The notes beneath the pieces are model-generated. The model was not told the origin of the DNA. It was given only the letters and a program-made list of their open reading frames with translations, and did not search any database. DNA of 64,000 nt from a virus (lineage: Duplodnaviria; Caudoviricetes), in the IMG/VR virus record IMGVR_UViG_3300005582_000006, positions 12,247 to 76,246 of that record; one strand, given 5' to 3'. Below, piece after piece: positions 46,041-55,232 of this stretch. The translations under genes were made by a program, and so were the position numbers. Position 1 is the stretch's first letter; each line of letters opens with the position of its first letter.

Positions 46041-48058
46041 GATATAATAGCCTTAATTTCTTTTTCTAAAGCAGCAATCCACTTAGGATTTTCTAATAAT
46101 AATTTATACATTTTTTCTGCACCTTGAGTTTTAACCATTTTTATAGTAGCATCATCCCAAGCTTCAGACTTTAATAGCTTTAAATGTCTTTCCATAAAAT
46201 CTAATGTCATCCAAGCTCCAGCTTTATTTATAAGACCAAGCTGACAACCTAGGTTGATTGCCTCGTATGTATTATCTATTCCAATACCATATCTTATATA
46301 GCTATCTACTTCCATTCCTGGCGATCCCAAAGAACAAGATTCAATTAGCCAATGTACTTGCTGGCCAATCTGCTTGTCTTTTCCTTCCCCGCCAACAGTC
46401 CAAGGTTTATCAGACTTTACTCTCATTTGAACATCTGCTTGATATTGCAATGTTCTAGAACCTTTTTCTGTATAACCACCATACATACCTTGAGATTGAG
46501 TTAAGTGCATAATCGCCCACACCATACAGTTTTGAACAGGTACTATATTTGCTGCTTGCCTACAAAATCCAGCAAAAAGCTTATTGCCAGCCCCTCTATT
46601 CTCATAGCCAATACCTTGATCCATTTCCTTCTCATCACATAGAGCAGAAACGCTATCTATGATGATTAAACTGCCTGGATGAGTATTGATGGCTTTAAAA
46701 GCTAAATTTAGATAGTCTTTTGCGGTAAGAATCTTTTCTTGAGTAGATCTATAGATTGTCATCTTATTCAAATCTAAGCCAGCTATGCCCCTTAGATTCA
46801 TAGGCTTTAATCGGCCCTCAATGTTTAGATAATACACATGTCTAGAACCATTCTCTGGTTTTTGACATTGAGCAGCAAAAGATAGTGAGGTAAGCGTGTT
46901 ATGAGTTACAACAAAATTGTCTGTTAAATACAAACCGCTTTTATCTCTAACTGAGATACAAACACTTTGTTCTCTTCTTGTTTTCACTACAGATATTATT
47001 TTTCTGGATAAATTATTTTTTACATCTTTCTTTTTAAACTTTTCTTTTTTAAATTCAAACAACTTCTTTTTATTTTTAATGATAATAGAACAATAATAAA
47101 TAAAGTTGTCTTCATTGTTTTGATGTCTAGATATTAAACATATTCCACCTAGAGACTGAACTAATAGTCTAAAGTCTTCAGCGAATCGCTTTGATGAAAC
47201 TGTAATAATTGGAGTTTCCGTTTTTGTTATATGTGCAAAGCTGAGTATTCCTTGCAGTAGAGACATTCTATTTTCTACTGAATTATACAAATAATTTGGT
47301 GGTATAAATTTTTGAGATGTTTTTTTACCAAGAAGACCTAGCTCTCTTAACTCATCATGTATGTTTATTGTTAATTGATTTTCTTGTTTTGTGTAAGGTG
47401 TCTTGGCTTCATTCATTAAATCGCAAATGCGATCACGAAGCTTTTCATCTTCAATCAATGCAGTAATTTTTTTATTAAAAAATCCAACAGTAAGCAAAGC
47501 ACCAAATACAAATGGGTTTATTGGAATCTTAATCGGATTAAATTTTGCTGGTGCTGTTATTGGTATTGAATACTTAGCTTTAGTGCTTTTACCTATATAT
47601 ATTTTGTTCATAAAATCTTTTAACATTACAGTTTTATAAGATTTTTGTTCTCTAGTTTTTATATTCCATAGATGATTTTCGCCACACTCTGCTGTTGAAC
47701 CATCTGAAAATGTTACTGTATAAACATCTTTTACCCCTTGTGGATAAATACCACAAACCATAGATGTTGTTCCATTTGGGCAACAAACCATTTCTCCATA
47801 TGTAATATCGCCAATTCTTTTTGGACCATTAGCTGTATAAACTATGGCAGAGACAGGTTGTTCTTTCCCACTTTTTGGGTGTCCAGAGCATGTGATCCAA
47901 GAACCTTCTGGTATTCCACCATGCAAACCCAAGTTTAGTGCTGGAGATAAAGGTATTACATGTTTTTCTTCATCTAATAAGTCATTAGCATTTATAGCAA
48001 TTCCTTTGCCATATTGTTTATCTACTTCTTTTAGAATTTTTTCAAGATTGTCACTCAT
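46037..48058 (-). CDS. recA: RecA/UvsX-like recombinase containing an intein
   Basis: LNLGLHGGIPEG, GHPKSGK|T Walker A split by a 322-aa insert, IIIDSVSAL, LQYQADVQM; exteins sum to 351 aa. Confidence 0.9.
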   Translation of the reverse strand: MSDNLEKILKEVDKQYGKGIAINANDLLDEEKHVIPLSPALNLGLHGGIPEGSWITCSGHPKSGKEQPVSAIVYTANGPKRIGDITYGEMVCCPNGTTSMVCGIYPQGVKDVYTVTFSDGSTAECGENHLWNIKTREQKSYKTVMLKDFMNKIYIGKSTKAKYSIPITAPAKFNPIKIPINPFVFGALLTVGFFNKKITALIEDEKLRDRICDLMNEAKTPYTKQENQLTINIHDELRELGLLGKKTSQKFIPPNYLYNSVENRMSLLQGILSFAHITKTETPIITVSSKRFAEDFRLLVQSLGGICLISRHQNNEDNFIYYCSIIIKNKKKLFEFKKEKFKKKDVKNNLSRKIISVVKTRREQSVCISVRDKSGLYLTDNFVVTHNTLTSLSFAAQCQKPENGSRHVYYLNIEGRLKPMNLRGIAGLDLNKMTIYRSTQEKILTAKDYLNLAFKAINTHPGSLIIIDSVSALCDEKEMDQGIGYENRGAGNKLFAGFCRQAANIVPVQNCMVWAIMHLTQSQGMYGGYTEKGSRTLQYQADVQMRVKSDKPWTVGGEGKDKQIGQQVHWLIESCSLGSPGMEVDSYIRYGIGIDNTYEAINLGCQLGLINKAGAWMTLDFMERHLKLLKSEAWDDATIKMVKTQGAEKMYKLLLENPKWIAALEKEIKAIIS
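46898..47863 (-). mobile_element. Intein (class 3 signature) with a degenerate LAGLIDADG domain
   Basis: Starts EQPVSAIVYTANG, block B CGENHLW, block F VCISV, ends VVTHN before Thr+1. Confidence 0.9.
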
Positions 48059-48482
48059 TGTCTAGTTCCTTTATTCTTTTAATTAAAGATTTAGATTGTT
48101 GAAAGGTTTTTCTAATTGGAAGTTCTACAGCTTCTTTTGATTCAGTCAAGCTTGAAATTTCTTTAAAGCTTTTTTCTTCCAAAATAATTAACTTCTTAAG
48201 CCAAGGAGCACCTAATGAAAATATCTTTTTGCCTTCTTTAGATCTAAGTGCTTTAGATACAACTGCTGCATCATGATCTTTTAAGATTATATTAGCCAAA
48301 TTCAATTGTTTAAAAAATTCCTTTTTCCATCTTGGTTTGTTCCAAAATTTAATAGGTAATTCTTCTAAATTTTCTTTGGCTGTTCTTTCACACATAACTT
48401 CAGCTAAGAATTGTGCTGGAGTAATCCAACCACCACCATGTCTGGATTCGTATTTGCTATCATCACTTCGTTGTTTTGCCAT
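48051..48482 (-). CDS. Hypothetical protein
   Basis: 143-aa ORF in a tightly packed operon. Confidence 0.6.
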   Translation of the reverse strand: MAKQRSDDSKYESRHGGGWITPAQFLAEVMCERTAKENLEELPIKFWNKPRWKKEFFKQLNLANIILKDHDAAVVSKALRSKEGKKIFSLGAPWLKKLIILEEKSFKEISSLTESKEAVELPIRKTFQQSKSLIKRIKELDNE

Positions 48483-48484
48483 AA

Positions 48485-48901
48485 TTAATCATTCATTATT
48501 ACTGGATCTATAGAAAGATTTTCTAAGATCCTATCTTCTTCATTTATTACAATTAACTCAGGAACTTTTATACTCTTTATTCGTGCAACATTGCCAATTA
48601 TTTCGCCAGAAACAAAAAGATTTATGGAATAATCAGATGATAACTGTCCAATTACCCCATTTGAAAAATAATAACCTTGTGCGTTCTCTGGAAAAGGTTC
48701 AAAAAAATTAGACCTAAACTGAAAGTAAAGCTTTGTAATCTTTAATCCAGTAGTAGTTATGTGTTTTTTTAATCTAATCCAAGCAGAGTTTATTTCTAAA
48801 TTTGGCCTATCATCATCTTGATAAACTTTTGTACCATCAGATAGTACAGCTATCCATCTAGGCTTTTCAAAAATAAAATCGTCTTCTTTAGTGCAAATCA
48901 T
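48485..48901 (-). CDS. Hypothetical protein
   Basis: 138 aa; WIAVLSDGTKVYQDDDRP...SAWIRLK. Confidence 0.6.
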   Translation of the reverse strand: MICTKEDDFIFEKPRWIAVLSDGTKVYQDDDRPNLEINSAWIRLKKHITTTGLKITKLYFQFRSNFFEPFPENAQGYYFSNGVIGQLSSDYSINLFVSGEIIGNVARIKSIKVPELIVINEEDRILENLSIDPVIMND

Positions 48902-49185
48902 ATTTTATGCCTTGTATTCTTATACCTATCTAAGAATTCATGGTTAATATTATCTTTTTTAGAATTATTGTCATCTGCAACGCCTTGTTTTTCAGTCATA
49001 GAAACTGTTCCGCTATAGATTTGAAACGCATTAGATGCTTTAGTTTTTGAAGCATTATATAGTTCTTGAATGTCTTCAATCTTAGCACCAACTTTTTCTG
49101 CTATAGATTCAATTGTTTGTAAGTGTGAGTTTGACTTTATATAAAACTCTTTAACTTCGTCAATAACAAACTTTTTATTTTTCAT
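48898..49185 (-). CDS. Hypothetical protein (possible HTH)
   Basis: TIESIAEKVGAKIEDIQE; ATGA overlaps with neighbours. Confidence 0.55.
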   Translation of the reverse strand: MKNKKFVIDEVKEFYIKSNSHLQTIESIAEKVGAKIEDIQELYNASKTKASNAFQIYSGTVSMTEKQGVADDNNSKKDNINHEFLDRYKNTRHKI

Positions 49186-49526
49186 GCTATAGCACTCCTA
49201 TCTGCGTTTCTAATAAAAGATGTTTTTTTTGTGGTAAGATATGAGATATAATGATTAAAACATTCTTCACTAACTTTTCTATAGTGGTATTTGTTTTTGC
49301 CAGTATAATTATCAAACCTTCTTAGTTCTTCAACAAGATCTGTTTCTGGATCAAATAACTTGCTTGAACTAAAAGATGAAAGACACATTTTAACCCAATA
49401 AGAATAGGTGTTATTAGTTATATATAATGATTTTTTAGCCAAACAAAAAGGCTCATTTGGATCTATATCATTTGCATCTTTGTCATATCCGTATGACTTT
49501 ATTTCTGGATCGTCATAAATTTCCAT
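49182..49526 (-). CDS. Hypothetical protein
   Basis: 114-aa ORF, AGGAG RBS. Confidence 0.6.
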   Translation of the reverse strand: MEIYDDPEIKSYGYDKDANDIDPNEPFCLAKKSLYITNNTYSYWVKMCLSSFSSSKLFDPETDLVEELRRFDNYTGKNKYHYRKVSEECFNHYISYLTTKKTSFIRNADRSAIA

Positions 49527-49876
49527 TATTTTCTCCTAGATGTTTTAAATAAAATATTATCTTCATCAATTACAATATCATCTAAATTTGTAATTTCAGT
49601 ATAATGTTCTGAATTTTCTTTATCTTCAACAATGAATCCAGCAGCACGAAATATTCCTTTTATTTCTGTAATAAAACTTTTATCGCTACAGTAACAACAT
49701 TCTGCTACACACTTCCAAATAAATGGCGTTCCATCACTTTTCTTTTCGTTTGGTTTTACAATCAGAACATCTACTAATGGCTTATTGCAATTGCTGCACT
49801 TTATAATTACATGCCCACCATCTACCAAACCTTCTTTTGGTTTTTCTTTTTCATCTTCTTGTTTTAACTTGCTCAT
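49526..49876 (-). CDS. Zinc-ribbon hypothetical protein
   Basis: CSNC...CCYC; AGGAG RBS. Confidence 0.6.
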   Translation of the reverse strand: MSKLKQEDEKEKPKEGLVDGGHVIIKCSNCNKPLVDVLIVKPNEKKSDGTPFIWKCVAECCYCSDKSFITEIKGIFRAAGFIVEDKENSEHYTEITNLDDIVIDEDNILFKTSRRK

Positions 49877-50238
49877 TTTTTTTCTCCTTTGTCTATATAT
49901 TTCCTAATGTTCTTAATCTTATCAACATTTAATATTTTGTCTTGTTTTTCAAGACCTTTTACTTTTCCAGACCTCCACCAAGGAAGCTTATTATCTGCTT
50001 CTTCTTTTTCTTTTGCAATCTTTTCTTTTATTTTTCCACCTTCTCTTTTAAAATTTTGTTCGCTTATCTGGCCTAGTGTTTCTCCACCCTTAACATAACT
50101 AATTATGCCACCAGAAAACACTTGAACCAATTTATTTTTTTTACAACTAGGACATTTTTCCAAATGACCTTCTGCAAAGGTACGAAATTGTTCTGTTGAA
50201 GCGTTGCAATTTTCACATGTGTATTCATAGGTTGGCAT
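49873..50238 (-). CDS. FmdB-family zinc ribbon protein
   Basis: MPTYEYTCENC...CPSC. Confidence 0.8.
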   Translation of the reverse strand: MPTYEYTCENCNASTEQFRTFAEGHLEKCPSCKKNKLVQVFSGGIISYVKGGETLGQISEQNFKREGGKIKEKIAKEKEEADNKLPWWRSGKVKGLEKQDKILNVDKIKNIRKYIDKGEKK

Positions 50239-50239
50239 A

Positions 50240-50482
50240 TTAAAATCCATTCTCTTCTTCTTCATCTTCGTCATCATGTAAATCAACACAATATTTCATT
50301 TTCCAAGAATCATGAGTAAACTCAAGTGCTTCTGGTGGAAAGCCATCACGCATAACATTGGCATCTAAATCAAAATAAGCAACTAAAATTTCATTAGTCT
50401 CTTTATTTGTGTTAACAACAGTCATTGGCATACTTCCAGATTTTAAACAAACAACATCACCATTTTGAAATGACTCATTCAT
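50240..50482 (-). CDS. YodC/DUF2158-family small protein
   Basis: FQNGDVVCLKSGSMPMTV...FPPEALE; GAGGT RBS. Confidence 0.75.
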   Translation of the reverse strand: MNESFQNGDVVCLKSGSMPMTVVNTNKETNEILVAYFDLDANVMRDGFPPEALEFTHDSWKMKYCVDLHDDEDEEEENGF

Positions 50483-50534
50483 AATTACCTCTATATATAT
50501 TAGTGGATTGTTAATATAGGTAGTCATAAAACAT

Positions 50535-50563
50535 ATTATACAATTCTTCGTTTAAAGTACCAA
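50535..50563 (-). promoter_or_regulatory. Putative sigma70-type promoter
   Basis: TTGGTA-17 nt-TATAAT on the - strand upstream of the yodC-like/recA/replication gene string. Confidence 0.5.
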
Positions 50564-50580
50564 TATTAAACCCGCATACT

Positions 50581-50679
50581 TTAAAGGTTTCTCTTTTTAG
50601 CACTTTTTATTTTTTTCTTTTTAAGTTTTTTAATCCTACAAGAACATCTTTTTGATCTTTTCAAGCTGGTTCTTATCAT
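50581..50679 (-). CDS. Possible 32-aa Lys/Arg-rich peptide
   Basis: MIRTSLKRSKRCSCRIKKLKKKKIKSAKKRNL; ATGA overlap with the nrdJ stop. Confidence 0.3.
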   Translation of the reverse strand: MIRTSLKRSKRCSCRIKKLKKKKIKSAKKRNL

Positions 50680-52967
50680 ATTAAACACGCACCGCCAGCA
50701 CAAGCTAGTTCGCCTTGTATATTTATTGTAGACTTTTCTTCTAATACATTTAAATAGTTTACTTCTGAATAACTATCTATTAGCTTATTCCATAAGTCTA
50801 AATTGTACGCATCCTTAAGTGCATAAGTGGCATACTTTATATTGGAACTAAAACACTGATCAGAGTATGTTTTGATTAATTTTTTCCACTCTTCTTGTTT
50901 TTCATCTTTTGGTTCAAAATAACCAAGAACACAAGAACACGCATCCCACAAAGATTTAAAGTTATACTCAGAAAATTTTGGATAAATTTCATAAGCACTA
51001 GATGTGGCTTCAAAACCCCAATTTTTTATTTGTTCTTCAATTGAATAAACTGCTGTAAATGGAGCTTGATTGTAATCTTTATCCCCAGTAGCAGCTATAA
51101 GCGATATTCCAGCAAGATCTGCACGATGATCATAGATGTAGTCTTTTACCTTATCCCACTCATCATCTTGAACATGTATTGTATTAGATACATTATGATT
51201 TAATTCTTTTCTAATGCAAAGCTCTGGATTTTTACCAGACACTACCCAATTCTTATAGGTTGACACAACATTGTCTAGCATAGATATGGCATCTATTTCT
51301 TCCTTAAGTACTGTTCCCTCTTGGGTTTGCACACAAAACCTTATACAATCATCTGTCTTGTTAGATGACCATACAGACTCTTCGCAAGCTTGAGGGTTAA
51401 TGGTTTTAAAATATTGATAAGGAGATTCAAGCTGATTAGCTTGGACAATACGGAAATACCTCTTGCTATGATCTGGATGAATGCCTGATGTTGAACCTAA
51501 TAGTGCAGCAGAATTACCTTCTGGTTTGACACAAGTCGTTCTAGCAGCAGGGTTTATGTTTAAAATAGATGCGTACTTTTTATTTATGTTTTTTACTATT
51601 TCAGCACCTTTCTGCTGAATTTCTGGATTTAGTAATATTTTTGGATGATGCTGCATACCATTAATTGAAACGCCCAATAATGCCTCTTTACGAGCGATAA
51701 GTTCTGTAACATGACCCAAGTATGGAAAATTGGTAAAAGATGCTTGTAATGTACCAATAAACGCAGCAGCAGCACATCTTTCGTAGAAGTCTTCTTCTGA
51801 AGTTATTGTTTTTCCATTAATGGTTGATAAATTGCAGAATCCCCAACCAGAAAGACCGACCTCATCTTCTGGCATATCATCTTTGCATGACTCTTTTGTT
51901 GTTATTGGTCCTTCATATAATGACAAAGCTTCGGCCAGTTCTGAACTGCCCTTCTTGTAAAAGTGCCTAGTTATCCATGATATTTCACAGCATGGATTGC
52001 ATAAGACATCGTAAAAATCAGCAAAGAAAAATCCTGGCTCACCAAACTCTTTTGTTGCTTTAAATAGATTTTCAAATACTTTTTTGGAAGTGTGTTTTCT
52101 ATGAAGTAATGCAGAGATATTTGCCCTAGCTCTTTGTGGATTAGTAAAATACCAATCACCAGTCTTTGCATTAATCATTAGTTCGTCATCAGCAGAAAAT
52201 AAAGCTATAGTTGCAGATCTACGAACACCGCCAGAGATAACAGCATCAGCAGCAAACATAACCACATCAAATGCATCTATTGTTTTTAATTGTGTTTGAC
52301 CATTTGCAAGACATCTATCAAGTAAAGCCCTAGTGTTTTCTAAAGCTTTTTCTAGTGGTTCATGGCCGGGAGCATTGCCTATGCCACAACCTAAAGGAGA
52401 ACCTTTTTCTCTTATATCTGCATAACTAAATGCAACTTCAATATCTTTGTATTTTTCAAACCCTTTTATTGGAGTTTCAAAATATGAAGAAAGAAGAACA
52501 CCAAGAGCATCTGCCCAACCTTCAATTGAATCTTCAACTCTATGAACAAGATGTTGATAACAACATGTTTCTGGATCTAGTCTAGCAGATGAAAATTTTG
52601 GTAATAATTCGACATGGTGTTTTTGTACACTGAAGCCAGTTCCAGAGCCACAAAGCAGTAGGTAAAAACACTCTTGGAAAAACCTTAATCTATCGCAATA
52701 ACTAGCAGAACAATTAAATATCCTTGCATTATGCTTAAGGATTGGCTTACCACCAAACTGCAATGCTCTTTGTGAACCTAATATTTTTTGATCTTTAATC
52801 ATTCCATAATTTTTTTCAATATCTTCACGCAAAGAAGGATTAACTTCAATCATCATATCTTTTATTCTATCTACGCTTTCTTCCCAAGTTTCTCTTCTTT
52901 TTTCAGACTCTATCCATCTAGCGTACTTAGAAATAGCAGTATATTTTTGCAATTCTTTAATAGACAT
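50676..52967 (-). CDS. nrdJ: Class II (adenosylcobalamin-dependent) ribonucleotide reductase
   Basis: SKYARW...RRETWEESVDR, FNCS, GGVRRSA, NPCCEI, CNLSTIN, TCVKPEG, C-terminal ACAGGAC; GGAG RBS before MSIK. Confidence 0.9.
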   Translation of the reverse strand: MSIKELQKYTAISKYARWIESEKRRETWEESVDRIKDMMIEVNPSLREDIEKNYGMIKDQKILGSQRALQFGGKPILKHNARIFNCSASYCDRLRFFQECFYLLLCGSGTGFSVQKHHVELLPKFSSARLDPETCCYQHLVHRVEDSIEGWADALGVLLSSYFETPIKGFEKYKDIEVAFSYADIREKGSPLGCGIGNAPGHEPLEKALENTRALLDRCLANGQTQLKTIDAFDVVMFAADAVISGGVRRSATIALFSADDELMINAKTGDWYFTNPQRARANISALLHRKHTSKKVFENLFKATKEFGEPGFFFADFYDVLCNPCCEISWITRHFYKKGSSELAEALSLYEGPITTKESCKDDMPEDEVGLSGWGFCNLSTINGKTITSEEDFYERCAAAAFIGTLQASFTNFPYLGHVTELIARKEALLGVSINGMQHHPKILLNPEIQQKGAEIVKNINKKYASILNINPAARTTCVKPEGNSAALLGSTSGIHPDHSKRYFRIVQANQLESPYQYFKTINPQACEESVWSSNKTDDCIRFCVQTQEGTVLKEEIDAISMLDNVVSTYKNWVVSGKNPELCIRKELNHNVSNTIHVQDDEWDKVKDYIYDHRADLAGISLIAATGDKDYNQAPFTAVYSIEEQIKNWGFEATSSAYEIYPKFSEYNFKSLWDACSCVLGYFEPKDEKQEEWKKLIKTYSDQCFSSNIKYATYALKDAYNLDLWNKLIDSYSEVNYLNVLEEKSTINIQGELACAGGACLI

Positions 52968-53113
52968 AAAAACTCCATCTTCCATGCTGACCGCAAGGAT
53001 AAGCAGAACTCTAAAGGTATGTAATACTGGCGATTACCAGCGGATATAAATACACCCACAACAATGATAAGACAGAAGAGATTCTTACTTATTTTTTTTG
53101 ATATGACAATAGT

Positions 53114-53851
53114 CTATTTTTTATTTTTCAAACAAATGTTTCTTGCTTCTAAATAGTCGTATTTCCAATGAGGTTTAAGTATAATATCACCAATTGGTTC
53201 TAGCTTATTTAATATTTTTTGTTTTATTGCTTGTTCTGTATTTAAACTTATATTTTCTTTATAAAATGAACTATGGTAACTTTTTATAGTTCCCCATCTA
53301 TATATGTAAAATATTTCTTCATCGTTTATTTTTTTTGAGATTTGTCCATATAAATTATTTATTTTTTTAAAAATATAAGTGTCTACATCTGATGCATCTG
53401 TTTCAGTATAGCCACCAGTATTTTTCCAACAATCTTTATGCATACATAAATTTGAATGAAATAAATTTGCAGATAAAGAAAGTTTTTCTATTTGTTCTTC
53501 AAAAAAACCTTGTCCAGTATGGAACATTTTATTCTGATTTATGTTTTTAATTGTAAAAGATATTTTCCAAGGAAGAAATATATCATCGTCATCCCAAACA
53601 AAAATATATTCTCCAGAACAATGTGAAATGCATTCGTTAAATTTTTTACCAAGAGGGATTATTCTCTCTTTAGAATTTATTATTTTTACTTCTGGATGAT
53701 CGAAAAAAAGTGTTTGATCTTTAAGATCATTTAATATTATTAATTCTTTTTCACCATCATAATCTTGATTTAAAAAACTATAAATAGCTTCTTCTAAAAA
53801 ACTTGTTCTTCCATAAGTTGGGCAATAACAACTAACTTTTGGATTCGGCAT
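53114..53851 (-). CDS. Glycosyltransferase family 2
   Basis: VSCYCPTYGR, NQDY, LIILND, VWDDDD. Confidence 0.88.
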   Translation of the reverse strand: MPNPKVSCYCPTYGRTSFLEEAIYSFLNQDYDGEKELIILNDLKDQTLFFDHPEVKIINSKERIIPLGKKFNECISHCSGEYIFVWDDDDIFLPWKISFTIKNINQNKMFHTGQGFFEEQIEKLSLSANLFHSNLCMHKDCWKNTGGYTETDASDVDTYIFKKINNLYGQISKKINDEEIFYIYRWGTIKSYHSSFYKENISLNTEQAIKQKILNKLEPIGDIILKPHWKYDYLEARNICLKNKK

Positions 53852-54209
53852 AAACTAACTCTAAAAGATTTACTATTTCGCTTACAGACAAAGATTGTAT
53901 AAGCTGAACTATTGTATCAGATATTATTTTAGCATCGTTCTCTGGAACATTTGCTTTGATTATTTTATTGTATAGATTTTTTCTAATAAACATTCTTACA
54001 ATTGGACCACCTTTTTTTATTATTAATGCTGTTACTTTAGATGATTTGCAATACTGTATTATTTTTATTCCTTCAAATATAAGACTAACAATCATAATTA
54101 TTGTTAGGATACCAACAGCATCATACTTTTTAATTGTTTCTGATTTTTCTAATATTTCTTGTATTTTTTTATGCGACCGCATTATTTTTTTCTCCGTCAT
54201 GTAAAACAT
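53832..54209 (-). CDS. Hypothetical membrane protein
   Basis: Hydrophobic segment AVGILTIIMIVSLIF. Confidence 0.55.
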   Translation of the reverse strand: MFYMTEKKIMRSHKKIQEILEKSETIKKYDAVGILTIIMIVSLIFEGIKIIQYCKSSKVTALIIKKGGPIVRMFIRKNLYNKIIKANVPENDAKIISDTIVQLIQSLSVSEIVNLLELVYAESKS

Positions 54210-54340
54210 TCTTCTTGTTTTGTATTTTTTTTAACTTCATTTATTAATTTAGAAAATGAAATCGAATCTTTTTCTATTAGCACAAAATGTTCTTTGGTTA
54301 TATTTTGATTAAACAATAAAAGAAGAGTTAGGCTTAACAT
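54197..54340 (-). CDS. Small hypothetical protein
   Basis: MLSLTLLLLF...; fills the gap between flanking genes. Confidence 0.4.
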   Translation of the reverse strand: MLSLTLLLLFNQNITKEHFVLIEKDSISFSKLINEVKKNTKQEECFT

Positions 54341-54342
54341 AA

Positions 54343-55221
54343 TTATTTTTTCTTTTTTTGAATTGATTCGCTTGTTCTCATTGCCCATTCAATGCCAGAT
54401 GTTCCACCCCAACCTAACCATGCAACCACCGCTGGAATACTCCAAGGTTTAGTTTTATATTCTGGTTTAGATTTTGCTTTTTCATAATTAGATCCGTGTC
54501 TATTGAATTGAGACATTCTTTTAACTGTATCAGCAGATAACATGGCATTGCCAGCTAAGTCTCTTGCTCTTGCCCAACCAACAGCAGTCATTCCTTTGCA
54601 TTCTTTTCCGTACTTTTCTTTCCATTCTAAAACTTTTCTTGCATTATTTCTTGCTGATTGTGGAGCATCATAAGTTTCAGCAGATTTACTAAAATAATTT
54701 TCAATGTCTGAAGAAGCTTTACTTTTAATTATTATATCTTTAATAGAATCTAAAAATTCTGAATAATCAATTTTTTCGTACAGATAAGAAGATGAAGTTT
54801 TTTTTGAACTTTTTGGATGACCGCTTGGCAACAAGTCATTGTCTTGCTTGTAATTAGGATTAGATGGTCTTTTATTGCGAAGCAAATATAAAAAAGCTCT
54901 AACTCTAGCCAATCCCCATCCTGTTCTATTCATGTTTGGTGCATGACTAGTAGAGAATGCTCCAGCACCTCTTCTAAAAACAGATTTCAATTGACCCATA
55001 TTGGCTTTAAATTCTGGATCTTTTTCATTGTGTTTCTGCATTAAAACTTTAATTTTATCTTCTGTTTCTGAAGATAGCTCTATGCTTTTATTTGGTTTAT
55101 TTGCAGAGTCTTTTGGGTTTTTTTTAGAACCCCTTTTTTTTTCTTCTGGTTTTGCTGGAGTTTTTCTTGGATCATCCTTGTCAGGTTTTCCATATTGCAA
55201 ACCTTCAGTTTTATCTGTCAT
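54343..55221 (-). CDS. Conserved viral hypothetical protein with two basic domains
   Basis: LKSVFRRGAGAFSTSHAP...WGLARVRAFL and GWARARDLA...LSADTVKRM...VAWLGWGG motifs that I recall from other phage proteins. Confidence 0.6.
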   Translation of the reverse strand: MTDKTEGLQYGKPDKDDPRKTPAKPEEKKRGSKKNPKDSANKPNKSIELSSETEDKIKVLMQKHNEKDPEFKANMGQLKSVFRRGAGAFSTSHAPNMNRTGWGLARVRAFLYLLRNKRPSNPNYKQDNDLLPSGHPKSSKKTSSSYLYEKIDYSEFLDSIKDIIIKSKASSDIENYFSKSAETYDAPQSARNNARKVLEWKEKYGKECKGMTAVGWARARDLAGNAMLSADTVKRMSQFNRHGSNYEKAKSKPEYKTKPWSIPAVVAWLGWGGTSGIEWAMRTSESIQKKKK

Positions 55222-55232
55222 ATTAAATCCTT

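Noticed and set aside
50486-50508. NrdR box-like AT palindrome (ctctatatatattagtgg)
   Set aside because: Poor match to consensus, single copy, and downstream rather than upstream of nrdJ.
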